From positions 2,418,001 through 2,482,000 of the forward strand of contig CP075496.1 of the NCBI GenBank assembly GCA_021613535.1: a stretch of DNA of 64,000 bases, read 5' to 3'. The translations under genes were made by a program, and so were the position numbers. The stretch comes from Adineta vaga (lineage: Eukaryota; Animalia; Rotifera). Below are positions 13,113 to 27,250 of the stretch, in pieces (positions within the stretch are counted from its first letter, which is position 1; each line of letters begins with the position of its first letter). Below the pieces are notes generated by a model. It was not told the origin of the DNA, did not search any database, and saw nothing but the letters and a program-made list of their open reading frames with translations.

Positions 13113-13353
13113 TTTAATATAAAACATATTATTTGTTTCAAATATGTTTGTTTTTTTTGTTATTTGTAGATATGTCTATAGATTATTTTGACATAGATAC
13201 AAACAAAGATCATTCAAATCGAGGTATGTGAATTTATTTTAAACGAAATTATTCAAATCGTTCTGTGTCAATATAGTTTACTTTATTTCACATTGAATAT
13301 TAAATAGAAATTAGAGTTCATTTATCGATTGAGATTTCGCTTGTATTGATTGA

Positions 13354-15018
13354 TTATACGATGATGAATGATCTTATCAAATGACGAAATAAGAGAAATA
13401 ATAATTCCACAAGTTCTACAAAACTTATCAAGCTAACACCAATCCACAATCCTAGATATTCCAAAGAAAATTCATCATTTATCGAAATGTTTTGAACTAA
13501 AAAACGAACCTGTTTGTCCTCCGATACTTGAAATCAGATCAACCCATGTATACATTGGTGATTCACTAAGGATTTCTGTTGCATAAGGACTTGCTGTTAT
13601 TCCTACAGCGACAATATCATCTAGAAAAGCTTCATTTGGATTTTTAGAACAAGTTGATCGATTTTCATAGGATGTCGAATTGATTCTTCTTAAAAATCGT
13701 TTGATACGTTTCGAAACTTTTTCTATTGAACGAAAATTTGGATAATCTGCGTATGATGATTGAATTGTATATTGAATAAGTTCACATTCAGGTAAACAGT
13801 GTGGACAATATTGAATTGAATCTAAGTTTGAAATGAGAATATATCTATTGATTAGTTTAAGTTTTTGAAGTACATACTTAAACGATGACGATTATTGAAA
13901 CATTTATTTTTTAATGAACATGAGTCATTAGTTTTGATTTTGTTTGTAAGATTTCGATTGAAAAATTGAGAAAAAACCATAAATAATCGATCTGTACAAT
14001 TACATTGGTTTGTAATCAGACGAATTTCGCATAATTTATAGCATAATGCTTGAGAATATCGAATAGAAGTTGAACCAAATATATCTTCCATATCAACCGT
14101 TAAATCATTTCGACATTTTTGAGAAAATATAATCATACGTTGAGAAAAGATTAATTTCGTATAGGTTTTCGAAGCAAGAAACAGACTATTCTGTGATAGA
14201 ATTGGTATTTCATTTTTTCGATGTATAAAAACTCGAAATGCAGCACGATCATCCAAAGATGGATCATATTCATTTTGATGAAGAAATAATTCAAGAAATA
14301 ACTTGTAACCATCATCCGTACCTTCATCATCATCATCAATCGTCCAAATTTGTGTTGTACCATTGTGCGGAATGTCAGATACATGTAGATCATTATCAAA
14401 TGTATAACAATTTCCATAATTTGGATGGAAAAATGGTGTTAAACTACGATTACATAGATATCCATTAAATGTACATTGAATAAGTAAATCATTCAAGACA
14501 TAGCCAGATTTCATTGGTGTAGGATGTTTTTTACGAAAATTTTCAGTTAAATATCCATTCATTAATTCATCGAAAGTATGTTGCAATTCACGATCTGTAT
14601 GATTTGGAGAAGGACGACGAGGGGGTGAACGGAGATGATTTGGAGGTTTATCTGGAACTTTTAATTTTCGAATAGGATTAAGATTACCTAAGAGAAGGAA
14701 ATATTTGTTTTTATTCGTTGGAGTTTAAATTTTATTCTTACAAAAAGTAATGGCTGGAAAATATTTTGGATCTTGATATTGTCGTACACTAAGATTAATT
14801 TTCATGGGTTGAGCGATATATTTTCGAATGACTGTAAGACTAAAAAAGCACATTAATGATGTAAATATAAGGAAAATAATTGACCAAAATATACGTCCAA
14901 AGAGAGAATTAGCAAGACATATTCGTCGAATACCGTGTGATGGAGAATTTGACAACCAATCTTTGATTATATTAAGGAGATTTTTCTCTTTTTTAGACTG
15001 ACTTTCCGACATGTTCAT
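13354..15018 (-). CDS. DEG/ENaC (amiloride-sensitive) sodium channel subunit
   Basis: Pre-TM1 SHG motif, TM1, FPAITFCN, YGNCYTF, Cys-rich thumb (CYKLC..CNC...CPQCLPECE), TM2 SSIGGQTGLWIGVSLISFVE with the GxS filter. Confidence 0.92.
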
Positions 15019-15138
15019 ATTAAAATGAATAACAAAATTTCAATAAAACAACTTTTCTCATCGATCATCATAGACAGGTTGTTGTTTTTTTCTGTATTAT
15101 AGATTATTTGTGATCTAATATATCAAAAGGAAAAGAAC

Positions 15139-17617
15139 ATGCCTGGAGTTCATTTCGAAGCACCTCTTGTTATTGAAAATAGAGATGGGTGGGGACCAAC
15201 TGATGACTCATTTCAATATAAAGATATGCCATATCAACCTTATTCAAAAAGTGATCAATTAGGGAAAGTATGACATGATAATAAACATTTCTTATTCATT
15301 TTATTTAAATATTTATCAATCATAGATCGCTGATTGGACAGGCACAGTTTATGGTGATAAACGGAATTATAGTAAGAGAAAATGAAAAGAAAAGTCAAGT
15401 TTTCAATAATATTTGTTTTATTTAGATCGGTATCGATCACAATATGGTGTAGGCACTGGAATGTATCAATATATTCATGAAGATGATGAAAATACATTTC
15501 AATTGGTTGATTCAACACGTTTACCTAAACCAGCATATCAAAAACGAACACGCTTTCAACAAAATGTAAGAACAATCGATATTCTTTCAAACGTTGATAA
15601 TCATTCGTTTGAGTAGCGCTTCCGTCAACAACAACCGCAAGGTGGTCGTTTTCCTACAATGCAAAAGAATTCTGTTGGTACACAGAAAAAATCAAAAACA
15701 ATGAAAAATTTAGAAATGTAGATTGACTCGAATTTTCTGTTCAAAACCAACTTGCTTTACTTTCTTCTAGGGATCAAATGCGTCAAATGCGTAAATGGCA
15801 AAAACAATACGGAAATCGTGCTGATCCACGTCAATATGTAAGAATTTATTGAAAATCAATATTTGTTTGCATCTATCTTGGTCCTTTTTCTTTCTTCTGC
15901 AAAGCAACAAGCCAAACAACGAGAACCGTCAGTGCGTGTACGTGAAGATTGGCAAGTTATTGAAGAAATTCCATTCAGTACTTTAGCTAAATTTAGTTTA
16001 CCGACTGTTTCCGGACCAGAAGAATTGTCAGTATTTTCAAATCGATTGATATCAATAATTATGAATTTTATTTGGTAGGAGTGTTTGGGGTTCACTTGAA
16101 TATTATGACAAAAGATATGATCGAATCACAACAAAAACTGAAAGAAAATTAGCATTGGTCAATCGTTTAATACATAAGATTACAACTACAAAAGATCCTG
16201 TCATTCGACAAGTATAAATCATACAAATGAACTTTGAAATTTTGTTAATGAAGTTATTCATTTTGTTATATAGATCTGTAAAACACATGGTAATGTTTTT
16301 GCAACTGATGCTATCATTTCAACATTGATGTGTTGTACAAGATCTGTCTATCCATGGGATATTGTCGTTGATGTAAGTTTTTCTTCTCATTAATTATTTG
16401 TTTCAGAAATGGGAATAGAATTTGTATTTTCTGTTGTTTTTAGAAATTAGGTACACGTTTATTTTTTGATAAACGACAAGATTCAACTATTGGTAAGAGA
16501 TTAATAAAGGAAAATTGTTACTTAAGATGAAAATTTTGCTTATTAGATGTATTAACGGTCAATGAAACTGCTAATGAACCCCCACCAGAAGATGGTACAG
16601 TGGATTCAGCCAAAAATCTTGGAATCGAAGCCGTTTTTATCAATCATACTTTTGCTCAACAAGTTCTTAAAATGGTTAGATTTAGTTTCTAGCTGGAATT
16701 CAATTTGTTTATGAAAATAATTTATCATCGTTTTAGAATGAGGAACGATATAAATTTCCCAATCCTAACCCATTTATTCAACCGGATGAAGAAAATGAAG
16801 CAGCATCTGTTGCTTATCGTTATCGTTCATGGGATTTAGGTAATAATCAAGTGATTGTTGTTCGTTGTGAACAAGATTGTATTCAAACTGGACCTAATGG
16901 TGAAGATCAATTTGTTAATATAAAAGCATTGAATGAATGGAATCCTAAGGTATTTTGGAAACTAAAAGATCGAAGAAGATAAATTGATTTCAAACTATTT
17001 CATTCATTAGATTGGCAGTGGTCTTGATTGGAGAACGAAATTAGATTTCCAACGTGGTGCAGTTTTAGCTGCAGAATTACGTAACAATGGATTTAAATTA
17101 GCTAAATGGACAACTTGTGCCATTTTGGCTGGTTCAGATCAAATGAAATTTGGTTATGTATCTCGACAGAACTTTAAAGATGCATCTCGTCATACAATTC
17201 TCGGTATACAAAATTTCAAACCACAAGAATTTGCAACACAAATGGCTTTAAATATGGATAATGGATGGGGTATTGTTCGAGGTAAAATTGATTTCTTCAT
17301 CAAATAAAACCTATTAATTACAAATTCAAACTCTATTCTCTTAGTATTGGTTGATTTCTTTATGAATAAACCCGATGGACGTTATTTGATTACAAAAGAT
17401 CCAATGAAAGTAAATATATTCAAATATATAATTCGTTAAACTTAATTTAATTCATATTTCTTTGTTTTATTTCTAGCCCACTCTTCGAGTAAGATCAATC
17501 TATTTTTCTTTACATATGAATATTTGTAAATAAAACTTATTACTTTTTCAGATCTACAGTGTACCTGATAACTCCTTCGATAGTGAAGATGATACCAGTG
17601 ATGATGATGGTAATTAA
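15139..17617 (+). CDS. EIF3D: Eukaryotic translation initiation factor 3 subunit D, multi-exon
   Basis: GWGP...[89 protein letters not shown], and an acidic C-terminus. Confidence 0.96.
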
Positions 17618-17887
17618 CAACAAGAAGATCAAGATCACAAATAAAAATTGGCAACAGTTCTTATTGTTAATGTTATTTTTCTTGTTATTGTGCTAGTTGA
17701 AAATCTTGCGCAAATATACGAATGACAACAACAAAAGATATACAAGACTTAAAATCTATCTAATTTCTTTTCATATGTAAGAAAGCCATAACATCTATCA
17801 TTCGATATATTTTAGATTTGTAATAAGACAAAAAATTTGTCAATAGAGAAGAAGAAATTTTGTTTTGTGAAAAAGAATATTTATCTC

Positions 17888-19426
17888 ATGGCTTTTGATA
17901 TCGACGATGAATTACCAGATCGAGAAAGTGGTATGTTATACGATGAAATTTCCACGAATGTTTCTCTGTTGTTTGATTTAACTAAACTTTCTTCTTAGCT
18001 CGACAATTCTATCAAAAATATGAACCAAAAGAAGTAATTGGAAAAGGTTTATCGTCAGTTGTTCGAAAATGTGTCGAGAAAGGAACAGGAAAGGAATATG
18101 CATGTAAAATAGTCGAATTTAATGATGATAATGATCATGAACGTGCAGCAACATTACAAGAAATTCAAATTTTAAAATTAGTCGGTGGTCATCCGAATAT
18201 TATTGATATTGTGGCATCATTTGAAACACCCAATTATGTTTTTATTGTGATGGAATTATGTCCTAATGGAGAATTATTTGATTATTTGACGAAAGTCGTT
18301 CGTCTATCAGGTTCGTTTTTCAATGTTACGAAGAGAAAAAGAAGTGAAATTTTCAAATTCTAAATTTAGAAAAACGCACACGACAGATCATGTCAAGTAT
18401 ATTGAATGCTGTAAGTCATCTACATTCACATCGTGTTGTTCATCGAGATTTAAAACCAGAAAAGTAAGAGAAAAATAATGAAGAAATGATTGATTAGTTT
18501 TATCTTCTAAAAGTATCTTGATGGATTCAACAATGAATGTGAAAATAACTGATCTTGGTTTTGCAGTACGATTACGCGAGGACGAAGCTTTAACTGATCT
18601 ATTTGGAACACCAGGTAAATTAAATAATTAATACAAATTCTTTTTTTTCTTTTAAAGACTAATCTTTTTGCTTAAGGTTATATGGCACCTGAATTATTAC
18701 GATGTTCACAACTTGACGATATGCCTGGTTATGGTCTTCCAGTTGATCTATGGGCATGTGGTGTTATCTTATTTACATTACTAAGTGGTTTACCACCATT
18801 TTGGCATCGTAAACAACATTTAATGTTTCGTATGATTATGGATGGACAATATACAATGAGTGGACCAGAATGGGATGATGTTTCTGAAACAGCGAAAGAT
18901 TTAATTCATCATTTATTAGTTGTGGAACCATCAGAACGTTATACAGCTGATCAAGCACTTGCACATCCATTTTTTAATAATGAACGAACACGACGAAAAG
19001 ATTTTATGGCAAAACGTACACTTAAAGCACATATTATTCTTGTTTGGTCTATACACCGTCTTCGAACATTACATTATAGACCACAACCAATACGTGGAAA
19101 AGAATTATTAGGTAATATTGAATATGAAACTTCTGATCTCAATTGAAATTTTGTTGCTTTTCTTATTAGAAAATCCATATCGATTTAAATCCTATCGTAA
19201 AATGATTGATTCGACGGCGTTTGTTCTTTATGGACATTGGATAAAGAAAGATGAACATCAAAATCAAAATCGTGCAACATTATTTCAAACAGAAGAAAAA
19301 TCTGATCTTGTTCGTCATGAAGAATTCATTCAGCAGCGACGTATTGAAGAACAAGAATCGAAATTAATTCGTTTGCAACAACAAACTTCGATTGATGAGA
19401 GACCAAGTGCACTAGTCAATGGATAA
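17888..19426 (+). CDS. PHKG: Phosphorylase b kinase gamma catalytic subunit, multi-exon
   Basis: [67 protein letters not shown], and the C-terminal [15 protein letters not shown] calmodulin-binding region. Confidence 0.94.
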
Positions 19427-20703
19427 AACATCCTATGTATAAAAGAAACACAATGTCAATATTTACATATTTTTTTTCCTAATACAATCATTTCATTTCG
19501 ATCGATAATTATTTCTGTCTATGTTTCTTTGAGTCGAAACTAGCTTATTTATTGGTGTTCTCTTTAGACGGTTCACATTGGTAGCTTCTTTTCTTTTCTT
19601 TAAATATTGGTTGTTCTTTTTTTTTTAAATAAGATGAACATTCGAGACATTCATTCAATATTTCCTTTTCTTCTCAGTATTTAAATAAACATACTTTCTT
19701 ATTGTCAATGTCATCTCCACAACTCATGCATAAGATCAAAATTCGACTTTTTTTTTAAACTCACAAGCTTTACTCTTAAGATAATCCCATTGTTCTGTTA
19801 GAACATTCATATAACACCAGGTACAGTTAACAGATGTTACTATATTTTATCAGTATATGAAACAAAAAGAAACGGATATGAAAGTTATCTCTTACTTTAT
19901 ATTATCGATATATCATTTATCAGAATTAATCCATTGATTTCTATCCGCTATGGAAGATAAATATTGTCTATCTTAATAACAACATCTAATTTCACTGCTT
20001 CATTTATTACATGTAAGCGGAAAAGACACGTATGGAGAATAAGAACTCTACTTCAATACAAAGGGTTTAGTTAAATTTTTTTATCAGATTTGAAAGAACA
20101 TTCATACATAACAAAGACGTACCAGTTCTTGCTGTGTAAAAACGTTATCTTATTGTAAGTATATTTATATTATGGACATGATCTTGATTACTTTGTTTGC
20201 TACGGAAAAATTAATATTTCTATTGTTAGATTTGCATGACTATCAGAAACGAATTCAACTAACGATGGATACATGGACATATTATAAATATCTAAGTAGG
20301 AAATATAAACGTCTAATTCTACAAAGTAATTATATTGTATTGTCTATTTCATAATAAATACACATAGTTTTCGACATCTCTGTCCTCGGACGACTGATAG
20401 TAATTAGTTAGACATTTATTAACAGGTTGCTAATGATATGTGGTTATTATATATTCCACAACTTATGATTAATTTGCGGATACATTGTATCAAGAAATGA
20501 AAGTATTCAAATTTTTTTAATGTTGTTTGACAATTTATAGCATTTTATTTAATAAGATTTCAAAAAATCATTTTGTGTACGCGATGTTTTACTAATCTTG
20601 ATAGATCCTCGTGATCGTCACATTAAATTGACGTTTAAAATGATTAAAGCAACAAGTAAAAGAAAACAATAAAAAGTTGTTGTACGTTTATTTGGATGAA
20701 TAT

Positions 20704-21227
20704 TTAACGACGACGTCGACGTCCGACAATGCCCGATCGCCAAATACCTTGTTTGACTGAATTTGATGGTGTACCTGTTTCTTGTGCTGTTTCATGATGA
20801 CCTCCTTGTTCATCTTTTTTAGCGAATAGCCAAAAACGTTTGCCGCGTAAATATTCCATAGGACCTACAAAACAGAAATTTATTCGAAAAAATGTTGAAT
20901 TTATTGACGTTGTAGACAAATAACATACGATTTGTTTTTCCAGCCCAATCGAAATATTTTTCTGCAGAATCAATAATACGTTTTCCAAGCCATGGATGGA
21001 TTTGTTCGGCATAAGATTCTTCTAATGTATCGAATTCGTCGTTCATTTCTGATTCTCGTCCGATTTCATCAATTGAATTTCGACGACCAATACTAGTCGA
21101 ATGAGTTTGATCTATGTGAACTAATTGTATTTGATTTCTAGAACTAGTTTACAAACTTTTACTTACGAGCAATGATACATATATAAACAAAAATGAATAG
21201 GATCTTCATATGGGTTGCAGCGTTCAT
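20704..21227 (-). CDS. Neuropeptide precursor of unassigned family, 3 exons
   Basis: The spliced product has a signal peptide (MKILFIFVYICIIALHIDQTHS), an acidic spacer, and G-KR / KK / G-RRRRR sites: ...EQIHPWL-GKR, ...RPMEYLR-GKR, FWLFA-KK, ...QGIWRSGIV-GRRRRR*. Confidence 0.8.
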
Positions 21228-22097
21228 GGATTGAAATAATTACTGCAATAACTTTAAATGAGCAATAATAGTTAGAATTTATACGAATTGTGTTTGTAAT
21301 AAAAATTTACTGATCAAGAAAAAATGAATGTGTCAAGCTAGCTGACTTAAATATAAAAAGAAACGTAGGTGAACGATGGTTGTGTGGGTATGAATAAAAT
21401 AGTATGCTAATACATCTTATTTATACTTTAAATTTTATTGAACAGATGTGAGATATGTAACGTATATAATTACATATATAATGGTGAACATATTAATCAG
21501 CTAAATGTGATATAATACAATTAATCAAGTAGTCAGATTTCCGTTTTGTGGGAAAACAAATATTGATAATATTAGTAAGGAGTTAAATGTTGAACTATTA
21601 GATAAACTTTTTCTACATGATTTTTTTCTCTTTAACAGAAGAAATCTGTGCAAAGGTGAAAATAAAAGTGCTTTTTTCCTTCTCATTGAAGCATGATTAT
21701 GATAATAAATTAACATGTTTTGGGTGTTAGGAATTAAAGTACATAAACATTTTATTCTCTTAATGTTGTAAGTACTATCGCCCAAAATTTGATTCTGAAC
21801 AAATAACAATGTTCGGAAAAACGTTTGTCATACAGATTATAAAAGATAAGTTTTCAGGTTACAAGTCTGTATAATATATACTTTGAAATATGAATGAATT
21901 AAAAAGGATTCTTCTTGAGATTTTGTACTAATCAAATTTTATGTATTAAAGAAACATAGACACATGAAAAGAAGATCGATGAGAGATATTGATCGATATT
22001 ATTTTGAATTATTCTTTCGCTATAATATGTACATAAAGGATATAGATATTCTATTTGTAAATTACATTGGTATATCGAAAAAGAAAAAGGGTTTTTT

Positions 22098-23871
22098 TTA
22101 AAGTACATTTAAAGCATCAGCCATAACTTGAATTATTTTATTTTTTGTTTGTTCATGCTAAAAAAAAGAGAAAAGAAAATTAAATTAAATATTAAAAATA
22201 AAATATTGATATACTTGTTGTCGCGCTGTTCCCACACGTTTTTCCATTGCATATACATCTTTGTATAAATTTGGATCATCAACTGAGCGTTTAATTAATT
22301 CATAAGCAACTGTAGTTCGTTCGAATTCAGCTGTACGTTTATCAAAATTTTCTTTTTGTTGGGCTAATTCACTAGATAATGAAGAAATAGAAATGATAAA
22401 TTCAAATAGAAAATCTCTTAAACTTACACTTGAGCATTCGTAAGCATTGAAGTAAATGATGAATCATCTTCAGTACCAATCGGATTAAGTACACGTAATT
22501 TTTCTGTTGTTTCTCTTGTACTTTCAATATCTCGTGTTAGACGATCAATATTACTCGACAAATTTCTAATAAATAGACAATATAGAACATATGAATAAAT
22601 GTATATACAAATCTTACTGAATTGTAATAGCACGTGGTGTAAGTCCATCAAGTTGTTCACACATAGCTTTGACACTTGTAATAGCAGGTTCAAGTACACT
22701 ATGTTGTTTATCATCTTGTAATTGACGAGCTTGTTTCATTAAATGGATTTCACTTTGTAACTAGAATAATTCAATGAAATTTTCTAAGCAAAAAATTCCA
22801 TTAAAATCTACATACTTTAGCATTTTCTTTGAGATAATTTCCATTTTCACAAAGAATATCATTCAATGATGAGACCATCAATTGACTTTCTAATAATTTC
22901 TCTCGAACTTTCAATGCTTCTAATGTACTATCAAGTTCATTCTTGAAATAGAAGAAAACAGGATGATTATACATGAGACGAAAACAAAAACCAATATTCT
23001 TTATCTTACATCCGTTTTTTCTAATGTTGCATAATTATTTTGTATTCGAGAGATATCAGTATTAAGTTTGTCAATTTGTTTTGTTGTATCTGTTTTAATA
23101 GCTGTTTGTTTTTTAATTTCTGTTTTATACTAAAGAAAAAACAACCAATATTTCGTTTTTAGAAAAATCAATCTTACTAAGTCAATTTGTTCTTTATTTG
23201 ACGCAATTTCTTCTTGATAGAAATTAATTTCATTACTCATCTTTTGTGCTTCCATTCGTAATGTTGCCTACAAATTGAAAATCATTGGAAACAGACAACG
23301 AGATGAAATTAAACATACATCTTCTTTTTGAAGACTTTCAATTGAACCCATTGTACGTTTGAAAAGCAGTAGACAATCAGCTAACTGATTTAAATGCATA
23401 AGACGTTCTTCTGGATCTAGATTAATTTGAACAATAGAGACAAACGTTCAAATCAATGTTTACGTACTTGATACAGTAAGTAGCCAAAGACCGTAATGTC
23501 CTTCATCGACCTCTGCTTCATCATTTTCACAATCGGCGATTGTATGAAGAAAATTTCTTTTTAAATAAATGAGAAGATAACAGTAAGATTATTCGAACTT
23601 ACAAAAAGCAAGCAGCTGCTTGAAGACGATCAGTCGATGCTTGTTGTTGAGTAGAAAAAAAGTCACCAAAATAAGTACTTGTTAATTCAAATGCTAAATC
23701 TTGTAACTTTTCTGTCTAAATTATATAAAAGAAAATACATTAGACAATTAGCAATGTTGAGGAAAACAAAAAACTGACCTTTTCAATATCCGTCCATGTA
23801 TATTTTTTCTTTGAATCAGGTAATAGTTGTCGAATTTTATCGACTAATTGTTGTTCTCTATTGGAACCCAT
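22098..23871 (-). CDS. Orphan coiled-coil protein, about 12 short exons
   Basis: Open frame through a series of GT-AG introns from MGSNREQQLVDKIRQLLP to IIQVMADALNVL*; heptad-rich E/K/Q/L composition. No family recognised. Confidence 0.75.
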
Positions 23872-25036
23872 GCTTTTTCCTCAGAAATGATGTAGAAACT
23901 ATCTGAATTGAACGGAGAAGTGAAGTCTTTGTCCCGCATCATTGATGAATTCAATTGGTCAATTCATTTTCGTTAACATGAAATTTTAACAATGATATCT
24001 TATTAGTGACATCTCATGTACAGAAATAGTGTAGTCTTTGTTTTTTTTACTTATAGTGATCAGATATTCATAAGAGCAAACAATGAAAACAACAAATGAA
24101 TTAATTTAAATATCATACGTAACAAAGTGTATGTGTAGTTCATAGATTTGTCGAACAAATTCCAATAGAGCACCCACGAAAAAAGTGTCACACAAAAGAT
24201 TCACACATCTTTCTTCGACTTCGATACTATGAATCAGCATTAAATATCTGACAAGGTTGTAATAAGTCTGACAATGACAATAAATTTATGTTTGCGAAAG
24301 GATTCTCATAGGTATGGAATCATTATAGTTAGACAGTTATGGAAAAATAAACTTGCAATGAAAAAACTATTTTTGGTAATCTTTATCATTTTTGTTGTTT
24401 ATTTTGTTCGTGACACCATAGTTTATGAGGAAATATTTTATCCCATGTTGAAACGGCAAAAAACAAAATAGATGCAGAAGTTTGTAATACAAAACGATTA
24501 TTAGTCATAGCTTTATGTGCTTCAAGTGCTGTATAGTTCTCTTTGCAAAACTATCATTAAAAGCTAGTCAAAGAAATGAAGCAAATATGACTGAAAAAAT
24601 ATATAAAAACCGTTGCTTTTCGAGATACGTAAAGTTATGTAATATCAACTTTGACAACTGTCAAATAACAGCTGGTGTAGTGATAGTTATAAGATTCATG
24701 CTTCGTATACTCATATGATTTTTTCATTTGAATATATATAGAAACGAGAGATTTCAAGTTGTTCACTAGCGCCATCTATAGAAGAAATATTCTTTCGTTA
24801 AGAACTTATTTCTTTTCTCAAGATTGTTAAAAACCTCTGCTTGTTTCTTTAATATCTAAAGTATTAACGAAATATTTTTTTATCTAAATAAATCCATGCT
24901 TATCCATAGTCCACACTCCACATCCACATATCTATCTTCTCAAACTGTTTACTCATCATATCACCAACGGTCAAGTTACTTTACCTACTCAATCATTCAG
25001 CTATTTGTCGTTGTTCAGTTCATACAACTCAAATTC

Positions 25037-26331
25037 ATGGAAAATTCTTCCTCCTCCTCTTCATCATCACCACAAAAAAGTGAACTAGTTGAAAATATGT
25101 TCAAATCATTGAATTCATATACAAGTGAATTACAACAAGGTTTGTTTATTTTTCTTTGTTTGATTTATTTAGCAGAAAATTCATTTTCTTTTTTCAAGAA
25201 TTGGAATTATTAAATCGAAAAGTTTCGGATCAAAATCGACTTGAACAAACTTATGATAGATCTCAAGAACAACGTATGATTTATTAAACTTTTTCTCATG
25301 GTTAATCTTCAAAATTTCATGTCTTTTTAGTACAAGAAGATTTAATTAAACTTCGTGCAACTATCGAAACGAATACAAGTATGATTATTTTGATAATTTA
25401 ATCTATTATTCTTTCATTTATCAGTTAAACGATCTATTCTCGATCGGAATTTAAATGAACGAACGATGATGTCACAATCGTATGATTAGGATTTAAAAAA
25501 AAACACTATATTTCGAACATTGCATGCTAGGAGTGTCTTTTATCTATGAAATAACGAACATAATTCAAGTGATAATTTCATTTTTAGGTTACATTCTCAA
25601 TTAGTCGAAATACGTCATGAACAAAATCTAATTTCGGATCAAGGAAATACAGCAAAATATAATCATCATCGAAATATGTGAGTAAATAAGACATTTTGAA
25701 TAATATAATAATCCTGTACTTTCTAGTGCGAAAATAACTGAGCAATGTGCTAATTTAACGATGGCATTTCGTACAAATTATCATGCTTATGTATGTATAA
25801 GTTATTGATTTTGATTTGGTTAAATAGTAGGTGATTTCTTCTGCAGGCTCGAGCTGATCTTGAAGAAATTCAGAAAAAAACTGAAAATCGTTTAAAGAAT
25901 ATATCTGAAGAAGGTAATTTTTATCCATTACTCTTTTAAAATTATCATTCGAAGAAATTTATTTTTTAGTATCGAATATTGAATTATCAACTGTAAATAA
26001 TAAGAATAAATTTATTGAATTGAACAAAAAACTTGATCGAGAAATAACACATTTTAATTACTTGAAAGAATCTATCGAAATTATTGCGTATGAAATTGAA
26101 TAATTTTTCAAGAATAATTTGTTCAGCTTATTTTCATATTCTATAGGAATAAACTTCAATTTGATTATGAAGATCTAATCAAATTCGATAATCTCGAAAA
26201 ACAATTAGCTGATATACAAATTTCGATTAATGAATTAGAAGCTTGGCATAATCGAACAAGTAATTCATGGATATAGTAGAAATTGATCGTACTAAAACTT
26301 GTTCCATTTAGATTATCCATCAGAAAAATGA
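25037..26331 (+). CDS. Orphan coiled-coil protein, about 10 very short exons
   Basis: [34 protein letters not shown]...LEKQLADIQISINELEAWHNRTNYPSEK* assembled across GT-AG introns. An upstream in-frame ATG at 24896 is also possible. Confidence 0.7.
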
Positions 26332-26433
26332 TCATATTCTTCATTTGTTTTGTGTTTTTGATTAGATTTAGATAAATAATTAGAATATTTCTTTACTTTT
26401 CATTTTGATACTTGTAGATATAAAATAAAAATC

Positions 26434-26976
26434 ATGGCAAATACTTCCGATGAAATACGACAATATCGAGAAGCTTTTTCTTTATTTGATAAAGATCATG
26501 ATGATGTTATTGCACCACAAGAATTGGGTAAATATTTTTCTTTTTAAAAATTTCAAGGAAATTTTGATGATTTTCAGGTGTAATTCTTCGTTCATGTGGT
26601 TTATCACCATCGGAAGCTGATTTACAAAAAATTCAACAACAAGTTGGAAGAAAAATTGATTTCAATACATTTGTACGTGTAGCACAAGATTTCAAAGCAA
26701 ATCATCGAGAAACGGATGATGATATACGTGAAGCATTTCGAGTTTTTGATAAAGATGGAACTGGTTATGTTAGTGTATCGGAATTGAAACATGCAATGAT
26801 ATCATTAGGCGAACGATTATCCGAAGAAGAAGTCGATGAATTAATTCGTGAAGCAGATCTTGATGCTGATGGACGGTAAATGAATGTTTTATTCGAATGA
26901 TGTTTGATTTTTATTATCGAATTCTAGATGCAATTGTGAAGATCTCGTAGGAATCTTAACAAATAAACACCGTTGA
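26434..26976 (+). CDS. Calmodulin-like / myosin light chain-like EF-hand protein, 3 exons
   Basis: [22 protein letters not shown]...[53 protein letters not shown]2 loop is deleted, EF3 is canonical; it is not calmodulin itself. Confidence 0.9.
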
Positions 26977-27250
26977 GAATGAAATATCGTTTAGCAATGA
27001 ACAGAAATCTATACATTCTATTTAATCATCTTTCTCTTTGTTGTCTATGTAATCTTTAGAATTCATATTTACATTCCTCTTCTAATTCTTCTTTTTTTTT
27101 ATTATATTGAATGATAATTCTAATCTTTTATGGTTCGTTTTAAACTATATAATCATTATTATGTATTCACTTGGAATGATGAATCAGATAAATACATTTA
27201 TTCTTTTTTTTTTTTGATTTACAGATAATAAGAGTGTATTGAGGAGAAGA

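Noticed and set aside
19950-20354. Exon-like fragments with GT/AG boundaries after PHKG
   Set aside because: No consistent open frame and no recognisable homology; may be a relic but cannot be supported.
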